A DNA stretch of 64,000 bases, taken from NCBI GenBank assembly GCA_016839705.1, contig JAEOTR010000006.1:1-64000 (forward strand), given 5' to 3'. Shown here piece by piece: positions 49,260 through 59,378 of this stretch. Numbering within the stretch: position 1 is the stretch's first letter; every line of letters starts with the position of its first letter. The translations under genes were made by a program, and so were the position numbers. This stretch comes from Promethearchaeota archaeon (GTDB lineage Archaea; Asgardarchaeota; Lokiarchaeia; Sigyniarchaeales; SOKP01). The notes under the pieces were generated by a model. The model made no database searches, was not told where the DNA came from, and saw only the letters and a list, made by a program, of their open reading frames with translations.

Positions 49260-50162
49260 TTAACTATGAGTTAATATCTCCATTAAAGCTCTAGGAATTT
49301 CTTTATAATCGGTTACAGCATAAAATTTTCCTCTCCCTGCATCTGCTATCTCTCGACATGTTTTAATCCCTTGAGCAGCATCATTTTCAGCCGGCATACC
49401 AATGACATGCAACTTTGGAAAGAGCTTTGCGATTTCAATTGGATTCTTTCCTCTATTAAATACACCATCCGAGATTAAAATGCCGAACCGACTTTTCCTC
49501 TCTTCTCTTGTTTTATTCAATTCGCTTAATCCTTTTTCAAGACCTAATTGAATATTAGTAAAACCAACTGCTTCTGAATCTAAGATATCATCTATGATTT
49601 TAAGAGTTGTTTTTTTTTGGTTGATTTTTTTTAATGTCATCGCTGTTGAATTGAATAAAACGATAGCATAATCTTCTTTTTCCATATTATATGCTAAAAC
49701 CGAGGTCGTAAGGGCTGCATTCAATAAAAGACGACCATACATACTCCCACTTGTATCCAATATTAGCACTATTTTTCTTTTCTGTCGTTTCCTTACAATC
49801 CCAAAGATATCTTTATAGCTTAAATTTTTATCATGAATCTTTAGGGGATTATGTTGGATTGTCTCATCCAAACTAAATTCAGGCATTCCAATTTGATAAT
49901 AGGGTACTGATCTTTTAAATTGGCCTCTTATCCCTTTACTAGTTATCTTTAGTGATAACTTTAATATGCTCTGACGAGCGAGACGTCTAAAAATTGCCTT
50001 ATACTTTGGAGATATTGGACGCCTGATAAAAAAATAAACTTCTGGCATAAAATCTCCTTGATTTTTAACCTTTTCAGAGAGAAATCTTACTCCGTCTTCA
50101 GTATCCAAAATGTCAGTTGCTGCGTAAACATTTGCTTTTAGAAGTCCCATTACTGCATCCAA
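49260..50162 (-). CDS. vWA-domain protein, MoxR partner (reading frame stays open upstream to 50384)
   Basis: LDTSGSM MIDAS, GFTNI, ISDG, LDETI. 74 further stop-free codons upstream of the TTG with no ATG/GTG/TTG. Confidence 0.85.
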   Translation of the reverse strand: MDAVMGLLKANVYAATDILDTEDGVRFLSEKVKNQGDFMPEVYFFIRRPISPKYKAIFRRLARQSILKLSLKITSKGIRGQFKRSVPYYQIGMPEFSLDETIQHNPLKIHDKNLSYKDIFGIVRKRQKRKIVLILDTSGSMYGRLLLNAALTTSVLAYNMEKEDYAIVLFNSTAMTLKKINQKKTTLKIIDDILDSEAVGFTNIQLGLEKGLSELNKTREERKSRFGILISDGVFNRGKNPIEIAKLFPKLHVIGMPAENDAAQGIKTCREIADAGRGKFYAVTDYKEIPRALMEILTHS

Positions 50163-50340
50163 GTTGTCGGAGGCTATCGCTAACTGAGTTAACCTTTTAA
50201 TTGTTTTATAATCAAGAGTATCGGCAAGGTGTTTGTAATATTCAGGTTTTTTCCTTTTTTTTCTCGCTATCTCATATTCTAATACATCTTCATTTTGCCT
50301 ACTTTCCGTAAGTCTAACATGCAGTTTTTTCTCAATCTCC

Positions 50341-50381
50341 TCGGATCCCTCCGCAGAGAAATCATCGATTATTGAAAATCT
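50341..50381 (-). other. Candidate -1 programmed ribosomal frameshift signal
   Basis: A_GAU_UUU, 6-nt spacer CAAUAA, then hairpin UCG(AU)GAUUUCUC-UGCG-GAGGGAUC-CGA. The vWA frame is -1 relative to MoxR and overlaps its last codons. Confidence 0.55.
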
Positions 50382-51241
50382 GATTTATTCAACACAGCTA
50401 AAACAATACTAGTAATAACTTCTTTTTTTGATTGAGTTAATCCATCTTCCAATTCGATTTTATTATGTAGTGACATCACTGCAGCTTCGATCCAATTGCT
50501 TGAGCTATCAGAATTATTATATTGGTTTATTAATGTGGCTAAATCAATAGCACCTCTAATTGAACTCCCTCTTCGGATTGAAATTGTCTCTCTAGTGGCT
50601 TGTATAATATTCTGAGATATTTTCGTTATTTTTTCCGAATTTACATTCGCTTCCTGTTTGATTATTTGAATTTCTTCTTCTGGACTTTGATAATCTAAAT
50701 TAATCCAGATGAAGCGATCAATTAAAGCCTCACCTAAAACAGTAACTCCAACATGAGCAGCAGGATTTTGAGTGGCAACTACAAAAAAATCTTTATGAGC
50801 TTTAATTGTATCTAATTTAGGGATTTCGAGTATACCCTCGTCTAGAGCAGTTAACAAGGAATTTTGTGTATTTTCTGGCATTCTATTAATTTCATTTATA
50901 AATAAGCATCCACCATTAAGCATTGCTAAAGCTAAAGGGCCATATTTGTAAGAATCTTCGTTATATCCTTTCGCAATTACGAGAGGAGGTTCATAATAAC
51001 CAACAAGATTATGCGGGAGTAACTCTTCACTACAATCGACTCTATAAAAACTAGAATCATCAGAACCATAAAATTTGGTTATAGCCCTAGCCAGCGTAGT
51101 TTTTCCGACACCTACATTCCCTTCTAATAAGATATTCTTACCTACTGAATGAGCTAACACAATTTGTTTTAGTTCTTCTGTTCGACCTATGATTTTAAAT
51201 TTCTTTTGTATTTCTGACACTAAGCTGGTCGTATCAACCAT
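50369..51241 (-). CDS. MoxR-family AAA+ ATPase
   Basis: LLEGNVGVGKT Walker A, FINEINR Walker B, VATQNP, ALIDRF, SIRGAI. Confidence 0.92.
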   Translation of the reverse strand: MVDTTSLVSEIQKKFKIIGRTEELKQIVLAHSVGKNILLEGNVGVGKTTLARAITKFYGSDDSSFYRVDCSEELLPHNLVGYYEPPLVIAKGYNEDSYKYGPLALAMLNGGCLFINEINRMPENTQNSLLTALDEGILEIPKLDTIKAHKDFFVVATQNPAAHVGVTVLGEALIDRFIWINLDYQSPEEEIQIIKQEANVNSEKITKISQNIIQATRETISIRRGSSIRGAIDLATLINQYNNSDSSSNWIEAAVMSLHNKIELEDGLTQSKKEVITSIVLAVLNKSDFQ

Positions 51242-51359
51242 ATTTTTTAGAATTAATCCTTTCTAAAATAATTTTAGTTTATGAGATAATAGACTAAGAC
51301 ATAAATTCAGAATTAACTTATACTTACATAGGGTAAAAATTAAGAAAGATAAAAAAAAT

Positions 51360-52286
51360 TTAATCTAAAGAAAGTTTAGTTTGATTTTCTCCTTCTAGCT
51401 CCATTAGTAAAATAGAACTTGTACGTTTCCATAATTTCAATGAAATAACACCAATTGAAATTAGTATACTTGGATAAATTATTATTTCTAGCAAAGTAGG
51501 ATTTGCGTTATAACCAAATAATGCTTTTAACAGCGATCCAATAATTTCAAGCCATTCTGGGGTTAATGGATTACCATCAGGAAATTTTTCAGGTAAAATA
51601 TGTTTAATATTCCATACTTCTTGGATGATTGGATTTACTACTCCCGCCTCTATTAATTCATGGATTCCGTATGTGATTAAGCCAGCTACAAACAATATAA
51701 AAATAATATTTGTTACTTTGAAAAACTTGGCTAAATTAATATTTTTCACCCCATAATAAATTAATAATCCTAAACCAACCGAAAAACTAAGACCTGTTAA
51801 AGAACTTAATATGACATCTACCTGATTCAGAGAGCCAACAGAGGTTGCTCCTGTGAGCAGAAGGACTAATTCTATTCCTTCACGAATAATAATTATGTAG
51901 GTAAGTATTGCTATTGATATAACTCTTCCAGACTCAATTGAAAACTCAACTTTTTCTTCAAGATGTTTCTTCATTTTAGGTCCCTCCTTGCTCATCCATA
52001 ACACTAAAGTCACCACAAAAATTCCAGATATAATGAAAGCAATGCCTTCAAAGATTTGCTCTGCTGGACCAGAAAATCCTCCAAATACAGTTGTAAATAC
52101 AATCGCAAAGAAAATACTTGAAATGATAGCTAACGTACTTCCAATAAAGACATACTTATAATAAAATCGTTGATCAGTATTTTTTAAATATAAGAGTATT
52201 ATAACTATTACTAATACTGCTTCTATTCCTTCTCGAAACGCCAGAAAAATTGGAACCATTAGATCTACAATTGACATAAAAATCAT
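51360..52286 (-). CDS. FTR1-family iron permease
   Basis: Two REGIE motifs, GIHELIEAG, LKALFGY. Confidence 0.92.
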   Translation of the reverse strand: MIFMSIVDLMVPIFLAFREGIEAVLVIVIILLYLKNTDQRFYYKYVFIGSTLAIISSIFFAIVFTTVFGGFSGPAEQIFEGIAFIISGIFVVTLVLWMSKEGPKMKKHLEEKVEFSIESGRVISIAILTYIIIIREGIELVLLLTGATSVGSLNQVDVILSSLTGLSFSVGLGLLIYYGVKNINLAKFFKVTNIIFILFVAGLITYGIHELIEAGVVNPIIQEVWNIKHILPEKFPDGNPLTPEWLEIIGSLLKALFGYNANPTLLEIIIYPSILISIGVISLKLWKRTSSILLMELEGENQTKLSLD

Positions 52287-52346
52287 CTTTTAACTATATT
52301 TTTTATAATTTTTCATGTTGAACCTATTATTTTTCTTATTTAAACG

Positions 52347-52360
52347 TTAGGGTTATCTAA
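52347..52360. promoter_or_regulatory. DtxR/SirR-like metal-regulator box upstream of FTR1
   Basis: TTAGGGTTATCTAA, resembling TTAGG-N4-CCTAA, 2 nt upstream of a minus-strand TATA TTTAAATA (52337-52344). Confidence 0.5.
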
Positions 52361-52590
52361 TATTAACAAGATTTTCTCCTAAAATGTGATGGATCTAAAT
52401 TAATTCTCAGAATATTAAGATTATAAGATCAAATTTAAATAATTTTCTATAAGATTTACCTGAAAAAGCCTAGTAAATAAACATAAAGAGAGGAATGATT
52501 AAAAATTCCTCTTTCTAGCTCCTTTTTTGAATTTATTTTGCTGTTCGACCAGATTAAAGGTTTTTAAACCTTGAAACAGAAATATTAATT

Positions 52591-54087
52591 ATGGAAAAAT
52601 CAAATATTATTGAAACTAAAACCGGAAAAATCCAAGGATATAAAGAAGAAGGATTAGAAATCTTCAAGGGAATTCCATTTGCAGAACCCCCTATTGGGAA
52701 ATTACGCTTTTCTCCACCCGTTAAAAAGCAATCATGGGATGGAGTACTTAAAGCCACAGAATATGGTCCTTGTTCATTTCAAGGACATTCTGAACTTGAA
52801 CAGTATCTCGGTAAGCTTGAACCAGAAAGTGAGGATTGCTTGACTCTCAACATCTGGACTCCCGCAACAGACAGCGGAAAACGTCCAGTAATGTTTTGGA
52901 TTCATGGAGGGGCTTTTATGATAGGAGGTGGGACTGATCCAATGTATGATGGCTCAGCTTTGGCTCTAAGAGGTGATATAATAGTCGTTACCATTAATTA
53001 TAGACTTGGATCTTTTGGGTTCTTATATAGTAAGAGCATACCACCGAATCTAGGTTCTCAAGATCAATTGATGGCTCTAAAATGGGTACATGAGAATATT
53101 ATGTCATTTGGTGGTGATCCTTCGAATATTACTATTTTTGGTGAATCTGCAGGGGGATATTCCGTCCTAACTTTGTGTACAATGCCTAAAGCAAAGGATC
53201 TTTTTCACAGAGTTATTGCCCAGAGTGCCCCTTTTATTGATACTAAAGTTAGTGATGAGACTTCCAATAAGATTTTGAGTAAACTTCACATTATTGAAGG
53301 TGATATTGATTCATTACGAGAAGTTCCACCAGAAAAAATCATTGAAGCACAAAATCAAGTTACTGCCTCTCTACCTACAGATGTCATGGCTTTAAGGCCT
53401 TTAATCATTGGAGATACGTTCCCAAAACATCCATTAAAAGCCTTTCTAAACGGAGAGTGTGCAGATATCGATTTCATGATTGGTACCAACCTTGATGAAT
53501 TTAAATTATATACAGCTATGGAACCTTTTAAATCGATGGTCGAAGGTAATTCTGAGAATTTATTAGTTGGATTTTTAGGATCGTTGGGGATCAAAACAAA
53601 AGAAGGGACGGAAATAATAAAAACATATATAGAAGCAAGAGAAGGAAAATATTCCACAAAACCACTAGATGTCTTCACAGCTATTATCACAGACTTTGCA
53701 TTCCGTATCCGTACGATACGTTTACTTGAAGCTCAGAAGAAATTTCAACCTAACACCTACAACTATATGTTTACTTGGCCTTCGCCAGGATTGAATGGTA
53801 TTTTAGGAGCATGTCATTCACTCGAGATACCTTTTGTTTTTGGGACATTGGATTCCCCGACCCTAAAAGAATTCGTTAAAGGTGCACCGAAAGAATTATC
53901 CGATAAGATGATGGATGCTTGGATTAGTTTTGCGAAAACAGGAAATCCAAATCATGGAAATATCCCTATTTGGCCTGCTTATGATACTAAGATGCGTGCA
54001 ACCATGATTTTTGGAGAAGAATGTAAAGTAGAGGAAGCCCTTTTTGACAAAGAAAGAACAGCTTGGGAGGGTTTGCTAGAAATTTAA
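52591..54087 (+). CDS. Type-B carboxylesterase/lipase (pNB-esterase-like)
   Basis: FKGIPFAEPP, SEDCLTLNIW, WIHGG, FGESAG, GACHSLEIPFVFG. Confidence 0.95.
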   Translation: MEKSNIIETKTGKIQGYKEEGLEIFKGIPFAEPPIGKLRFSPPVKKQSWDGVLKATEYGPCSFQGHSELEQYLGKLEPESEDCLTLNIWTPATDSGKRPVMFWIHGGAFMIGGGTDPMYDGSALALRGDIIVVTINYRLGSFGFLYSKSIPPNLGSQDQLMALKWVHENIMSFGGDPSNITIFGESAGGYSVLTLCTMPKAKDLFHRVIAQSAPFIDTKVSDETSNKILSKLHIIEGDIDSLREVPPEKIIEAQNQVTASLPTDVMALRPLIIGDTFPKHPLKAFLNGECADIDFMIGTNLDEFKLYTAMEPFKSMVEGNSENLLVGFLGSLGIKTKEGTEIIKTYIEAREGKYSTKPLDVFTAIITDFAFRIRTIRLLEAQKKFQPNTYNYMFTWPSPGLNGILGACHSLEIPFVFGTLDSPTLKEFVKGAPKELSDKMMDAWISFAKTGNPNHGNIPIWPAYDTKMRATMIFGEECKVEEALFDKERTAWEGLLEI

Positions 54088-54095
54088 ATTTCTTT

Positions 54096-55352
54096 TTACC
54101 TAGGGAAAAGTTTCACGATTACCTTTTCCCCTTTTTTTAATCCTTCTTGATGTGGGGGGATTTCAACAATACCATCAGACTTTGTTAGCGAACTAATAAC
54201 CCCCGATCCTTTAAGTTTTACAGGGATAGCAACTAATTTATCTTCAGATTTTTTAATATCTACCCTTAAATGATGAAGATAACCAAGACCGGAAACAGGA
54301 ACATCTCTACTGATCTCTACTATTATTTCAGATCTTGGATCAAGGAGAGAACAACCCATTATACCTCTTATTGCTACACCTGCCATTTTTAAAAAGGAAA
54401 CATAGGCTGCAACCGGAGTTCCTGGTAAACAAAATACCAAACTCTCATTTAATAAACCAGTTAACACGGGTGCTCCCGGTCTTTGGGCAATTCCGTGAGT
54501 TAAAATTACACCTGATTCTTTAATAACTTCAGGAAGATAATCTTTAGTCCCTACAGAAGTACCTCCTGTGAAAATTATAATCTGAGAGTCTTCTGCGGCT
54601 TCAATTAGTTTCTTTTTAATATAGTTTAAATCATCTTTAACAGTTTCACCTCGAATAACTTCGCCACCGTATAGATGCACTAACGCGGAAATCATTGGAG
54701 TGTTTGAATTGTAAATTTTCCCAGGAATTAAAATATCACCGGGCTCAAGTAATTCATCTCCAGATGAAAAAACACTAACTTTGGGTTTAGTAACCACTTT
54801 AATACTCTTAAATCCTAATGAAGTTAAAAGTGCAATATGTTCAGCTTTTAATTCTGTACCCTTATTTAAAACTTGAGTCCCTTTATTGATATCCTCTCCT
54901 TTCTTGGAAACATTTTTTCCCGGAGGAAGAGAAATATATAGACTTATTAGGTTATTTTCAATTTCTGTATCTTCAATTTTAACAACAGAATCAGCACCTA
55001 CTGGAATAGGAGCCCCAGTGGAAATTCTGATGCCCTCACCCTTTTTAAGTTTTAGAAAGGAAGACTCACCAATTTCTATTGTCCCAACAAGTTTAATTTC
55101 TTTTGGGTTTTTAGTAGAAGCCCCGAATGAATCTTCCGCTTGAATCGCATAACCATCCATTGCGGATCGATCAAAAGGAGGAATATCCATTCCGCTCATA
55201 ATATCAACAGCTAGTACACGGTTTAGTGAGGAATTTATTTCAACTTCTTCGATTGGATTTATTTTGATGTGAGAAAAAAGTATTTCGAGGGCTTCTGAGA
55301 CCGATGTTAATTTTGAAAATCCTATTTTTCTGAGTTTTTCCATTTCCATCAC
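54096..55352 (-). CDS. moeA: Molybdopterin molybdo/tungstotransferase MoeA
   Basis: PPFDRSAMDGYA, STGAPIP, SSGDEL, TGGTSVG..D, LPG.P. Confidence 0.95.
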   Translation of the reverse strand: MMEMEKLRKIGFSKLTSVSEALEILFSHIKINPIEEVEINSSLNRVLAVDIMSGMDIPPFDRSAMDGYAIQAEDSFGASTKNPKEIKLVGTIEIGESSFLKLKKGEGIRISTGAPIPVGADSVVKIEDTEIENNLISLYISLPPGKNVSKKGEDINKGTQVLNKGTELKAEHIALLTSLGFKSIKVVTKPKVSVFSSGDELLEPGDILIPGKIYNSNTPMISALVHLYGGEVIRGETVKDDLNYIKKKLIEAAEDSQIIIFTGGTSVGTKDYLPEVIKESGVILTHGIAQRPGAPVLTGLLNESLVFCLPGTPVAAYVSFLKMAGVAIRGIMGCSLLDPRSEIIVEISRDVPVSGLGYLHHLRVDIKKSEDKLVAIPVKLKGSGVISSLTKSDGIVEIPPHQEGLKKGEKVIVKLFPR

Positions 55353-55909
55353 TCCTCTTTATTAATAATATAAAGTATATGTCCAATTTCGGGTATAATT
55401 AATGCTTCTAATGCTAATTTTACAGCTCTCGGTGATCCTGGAAGCAAAAAGATAGCCTTATTTTTCTTCTTGCTTTCTAATATTCCGGCGACAGCTCTTG
55501 ATAACATAGCAGAAGATCCAATTTCATTATATGAAATATTCCGAAAGAGCTCTCCAAATCCATTAATTTTTTTTTTAAGTCGAGGTTCTATAGTTTCATA
55601 TGTAATATCTTTTGGAGATAAACCCGTACCTCCACTGAAAATTATAGCATCAATGGCATCTTCTTTCATTATTCTAACCAAAATATCATTTAACTGCTCC
55701 TCTGAATCTGGTATTATCTCTGCAAAGTCTAATGAAATCGATGATTCCTTATCGAATATCTTTTTCACAATAGGTATTGTTTTATCTGAAGTTACCCGGT
55801 TAAGCTTGAGCTCTTCATATCGACTTGTACTCACCACCACTAAAGCAAAAATAACCTTCTCTGGAGCTTTTTTTTTATGTTCCTCGTGCACTTTTAGTTT
55901 TTTCTTCAT
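55349..55909 (-). CDS. moaB: Molybdopterin adenylyltransferase MoaB/MogA
   Basis: SGGTGLSPKDIT, GFGELFR, AMLSRA, LPGSP. Confidence 0.92.
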   Translation of the reverse strand: MKKKLKVHEEHKKKAPEKVIFALVVVSTSRYEELKLNRVTSDKTIPIVKKIFDKESSISLDFAEIIPDSEEQLNDILVRIMKEDAIDAIIFSGGTGLSPKDITYETIEPRLKKKINGFGELFRNISYNEIGSSAMLSRAVAGILESKKKNKAIFLLPGSPRAVKLALEALIIPEIGHILYIINKEE

Positions 55910-55944
55910 ACAACTCAGCCGACCACTTAATTTTAATTTAAATA

Positions 55945-57171
55945 TTAGAAGAAATACACCCTCCTTGTATCTCCTCTTTCTAAAACGGATTCTAGCTCTT
56001 CTATTTCAATATAGCCATCAGCAAGGAAAATTGTACTCATAGCTTCCGATCCAGTTTTTATCGGAAAAATTTTCTTATTCCCATTTTCTTCTTTAATCTT
56101 GACCGCTTTGAATTCATGTCGTCCAACAGTGCTATATATTCTTTCTCCTAGTTCAAATTTTTTCGAAAATCTGTCTTTCAATGGATAACCTGAAAGCCTT
56201 CTCAGAAAATTATCAATAAAGACATAAAAACAGCTTAAAGCGGAAGTTGGATAACCTGGTAAAATAAATATTATTTTTTTCTTTAATTTTGTGAAGATAA
56301 TTGGCTTTCCTGGTTTTATTTTTACACCGTGAACCATTATTTCTATGTCATCATATTTTCCTAAGACTTGGGGGCCTAAATCTCCTTCACCTTTAGATGT
56401 TCCCCCGGATAAAATTACTATATCACTTATTTCTAAGGCTTTATCTAAAGCACTTTTTAATTCTTCATAATCATCATTAATGATCCCTAAATAGTTGACT
56501 AAAACTCCTGTATTTTCAATAGCCCTTTTTAATACCACAGAATTTACATCGTATATCTTGCCAATTTCTAAATTTTTAACATCTTGACTTACAATTTCAT
56601 TACCTGTGCTTAGAAGGGAAACTTTGGGTTGTTTAAATACCCACACTTCTTTACTTCCTGCTGAAGCTAGTATTCCCATTGTTGCTAAATCAACTAAAGA
56701 CTCTTTTTTGACTATTATGCTTTTCTCCTTTATATCATGACCGATTTCTATAATGTAAGTTCCGGGAGTCACCGCCTTAGAAATCAAAATGCTGTTTCCC
56801 TCTTTTTCTGTAAATTCAACCATCACAACACTGTTAGCATTTTCGGGTATAGCAGCCCCAGTTGCGACATATGAACACTGACCTTTAATCAAGCTTTTTT
56901 GAGGTATATCCCCTGCTTGAATTACTTCTATTAGTTCCAACTCAATAAAATTATCTTCTTCTGCCCCGAAAGTATTTTCTGCGATGCAAGCATACCCATC
57001 CATGCGAGATTTTCGAAAGTGAGGGACATTAATTTCACTAATTACATCTCTTGAAATTATTCGATTAAAGCTTTCTTCAATATCGACTTTTTCTTCTTCA
57101 TTTCTTAAAATCGGGACCGATTCGAGGATTTCTTTAAATTCTTTTACTTTAATAGTTTTTAGAAATTTCAT
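55945..57171 (-). CDS. moeA: Second MoeA paralog
   Basis: VPHFRKSRMDGYA, ATGAAIP, STGNEI, SGGTSKG.GD, KPGKP, LPGYPTS. Confidence 0.95.
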   Translation of the reverse strand: MKFLKTIKVKEFKEILESVPILRNEEEKVDIEESFNRIISRDVISEINVPHFRKSRMDGYACIAENTFGAEEDNFIELELIEVIQAGDIPQKSLIKGQCSYVATGAAIPENANSVVMVEFTEKEGNSILISKAVTPGTYIIEIGHDIKEKSIIVKKESLVDLATMGILASAGSKEVWVFKQPKVSLLSTGNEIVSQDVKNLEIGKIYDVNSVVLKRAIENTGVLVNYLGIINDDYEELKSALDKALEISDIVILSGGTSKGEGDLGPQVLGKYDDIEIMVHGVKIKPGKPIIFTKLKKKIIFILPGYPTSALSCFYVFIDNFLRRLSGYPLKDRFSKKFELGERIYSTVGRHEFKAVKIKEENGNKKIFPIKTGSEAMSTIFLADGYIEIEELESVLERGDTRRVYFF

Positions 57172-57197
57172 TTAATTACCTTTGTATTGATACAATT

Positions 57198-57647
57198 TTA
57201 ATGAATCCAATCAGAAGAACCATCTTTATAATTTTCTTTTTTCCACACAGCGATCTCTTTTTTATACATGTCAACAGCCCTACTAATTACTTCAAATCCT
57301 TCCTTCCTATGTGCTGAAGTCACAACGACATAAACTAAATCCTCAGAAAGCTCAAATTCTCCTTTTAAATGAATGATTTTAATATCAATAATTCCCTTTA
57401 CTTGTTTCAATTTAGAACAAATTTTACTGATGCTTTCATTTGCTAGATCATCATAAGCATCGATTTTCATACTAATAACAGGTTTTCCCGTTTGAGAACT
57501 ACGCCTTACAATCCCCGTAAAAGTATGAATTGATCCTGCTTCCTCGATTTTGGGATCTTTTTTTATTGATTGAATAATACTCGTAAGATCAATCTCTCCC
57601 TTACTATAGATACCTGATTTAATTTCGGTTTTATTTTGAGTATTCAC
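57198..57647 (-). CDS. moaE: Molybdopterin synthase catalytic subunit MoaE
   Basis: F.GIVR, SAHRKEGF, K...VWKKE...W. Confidence 0.92.
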   Translation of the reverse strand: MNTQNKTEIKSGIYSKGEIDLTSIIQSIKKDPKIEEAGSIHTFTGIVRRSSQTGKPVISMKIDAYDDLANESISKICSKLKQVKGIIDIKIIHLKGEFELSEDLVYVVVTSAHRKEGFEVISRAVDMYKKEIAVWKKENYKDGSSDWIH

Positions 57648-57653
57648 TTTGCC

Positions 57654-57938
57654 CTACCCTCCTGATACAGGTGTTAAAAAAGCAATTACGTCTCTATCAT
57701 GTATTTGAGCTAGTAATGGATCTTCATGAAGGAGTGCTTGATTATTTATTATTATTGAGATTAAACTGCTTACGTTTTGAGTATTTTCATCCCATAGTAA
57801 ATTTCGAAGGGGCATCTTATATTTAGTTAATAATAATTCGATCAAATTCTTTAATTGATTATTTGATAATTCAAATTCTTCTTTCTCTTTTCCGGTTATA
57901 TCTTTAAACTCAGCAAAATAGAGAACTTCTACAATCAT
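57654..57938 (-). CDS. moaD: Sulfur carrier MoaD
   Basis: VLYFAEFKDITG...D.IAFLTPVSGG (C-terminal GG). Confidence 0.93.
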   Translation of the reverse strand: MIVEVLYFAEFKDITGKEKEEFELSNNQLKNLIELLLTKYKMPLRNLLWDENTQNVSSLISIIINNQALLHEDPLLAQIHDRDVIAFLTPVSGG

Positions 57939-57963
57939 TTATTCAACCCAAATTCAATAATCT

Positions 57964-58881
57964 TTAATAATAGGGTTCTCGTGAATCTACAACTTGTTTA
58001 ACAATTTGTTCGTATTTAGATAGTGAATGATGATTTCGAAGAGCTTCTTTAATATTCTTTCCAAGATCAGATCTATATAAACATCCAAAAAGATTCCCGT
58101 CACATCCAACACGTAATTTAGTACACCCCATACAAAATTCATGACTAGGTGTGATTGTTTCGACTACCGCTGAATTAGGCAACCTGATAACTTTACGATT
58201 TTGCATTGATCCTCTTACTTTCACTTCTTCTGCTCTTGCTTCAAGCATTTCTATAATAGGTTTCACATCTAAGTGATACTTCTCATAAAAATTCCCATTT
58301 CCTCCAATTGCATCAGAAACTTTGTGTAGTTCGATTAATTGCATAATAAAGTCATTTTTTGCACAATATTCAATCATATCTTCCAATTCATTATCATTTA
58401 AACCTTTCATCAATACAAAGTTTAATTTTATGGGATTAAATCCAACTTCTTTTGCCTTCTGTAGACCTCTCAATACTTCTTCTAGGGTGTCTGAACCATA
58501 TATTTTCTTATACACATTTGGTTTAAGACTAGCTAAAGAAACATTAATTCGATTTAAACCAGCATTAAACAATTCTTCTGCCTTTTTAAATAGAAGAAGT
58601 CCATTTGTAGTAATGGAGATATCTTTGTAGAGTTGTAGATCAGAGACATTTTTAATTATTTGAATTATTTCTTCCCGACATAATGGTTCGCCACCAGTAA
58701 ATTTGATTCTTGTGACATCTAAAATTTCCGCTAGAATTTTACATAATCTTGTTATTTCCTCTACAGAAAGCTCATTCGTCCGACTATATCCCTCCCTATC
58801 GCAATATAGGCATGAATATTGACACTTTGAAGTAATTGAAAACCTAATATGCTTAATTTTTCTGTTGTAATTATCTATCAT
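57964..58881 (-). CDS. moaA: GTP 3',8-cyclase MoaA
   Basis: CQYSCLYC, TGGEP, TTNG, FCMGCTKLR...GCL. Confidence 0.95.
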   Translation of the reverse strand: MIDNYNRKIKHIRFSITSKCQYSCLYCDREGYSRTNELSVEEITRLCKILAEILDVTRIKFTGGEPLCREEIIQIIKNVSDLQLYKDISITTNGLLLFKKAEELFNAGLNRINVSLASLKPNVYKKIYGSDTLEEVLRGLQKAKEVGFNPIKLNFVLMKGLNDNELEDMIEYCAKNDFIMQLIELHKVSDAIGGNGNFYEKYHLDVKPIIEMLEARAEEVKVRGSMQNRKVIRLPNSAVVETITPSHEFCMGCTKLRVGCDGNLFGCLYRSDLGKNIKEALRNHHSLSKYEQIVKQVVDSREPYY

Positions 58882-58892
58882 TTAACTTTGCA

Positions 58893-59321
58893 TTATTTCT
58901 TTATTTTTTCTTCAACTTTAATATCGTAGATTATTGTAGAAGGATATTGACCGTTTTCATCTTTCTCATACATCTTTAAAACGTCCCAAATATTTAAGAG
59001 TGCAATGCTAACACCTGTAAGAGCCTCCATCTCGACTCCTGTTTGCGCAACACTTTTAACCGTGCATGATACGTTTATAATAGTGTTTTTTTCAATATTA
59101 AAATCTACATTAATACTGCTTATAGGGATTGAGTGGCAAAAAGGAATCAAATCAGGTACTTTTTTAACTGCATTAATAGCCGCTATTTTAGCGATAGTTA
59201 AAACATCCCCTTTCTCTAGGGTTTTATTTTTAATTTTCTCGATTGTAGCCTTCGTTAGCTTTATTTTTCCAGATGCCTTTGCAATCCTTGTAACTGAATC
59301 TTTATTTGAAATATCAATCAT
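58893..59321 (-). CDS. moaC: cPMP synthase MoaC
   Basis: MIDISNK, KGDVL, LIPFCH, TGVEMEAL. Confidence 0.95.
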   Translation of the reverse strand: MIDISNKDSVTRIAKASGKIKLTKATIEKIKNKTLEKGDVLTIAKIAAINAVKKVPDLIPFCHSIPISSINVDFNIEKNTIINVSCTVKSVAQTGVEMEALTGVSIALLNIWDVLKMYEKDENGQYPSTIIYDIKVEEKIKK

Positions 59322-59378
59322 TTATCGAAATATCCATTTATACATAACGAAAAACTTTGTGTTTTAAAAGGTTTTTTT

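Noticed and set aside
50279-50365. Short ATG ORF after the MoxR stop containing A_AAA_AAC as an alternative slip site
   Set aside because: The peptide is not protein-like, and the hairpin lies upstream of that heptamer rather than downstream. Kept only as a minor alternative.
52487-52528. Stem-loop AGAGGAAT/ATTCCTCT with T-tract, and a possible PadR-like fragment (KKELERGI) on the minus strand
   Set aside because: No upstream gene to terminate, and the fragment is too short to support.
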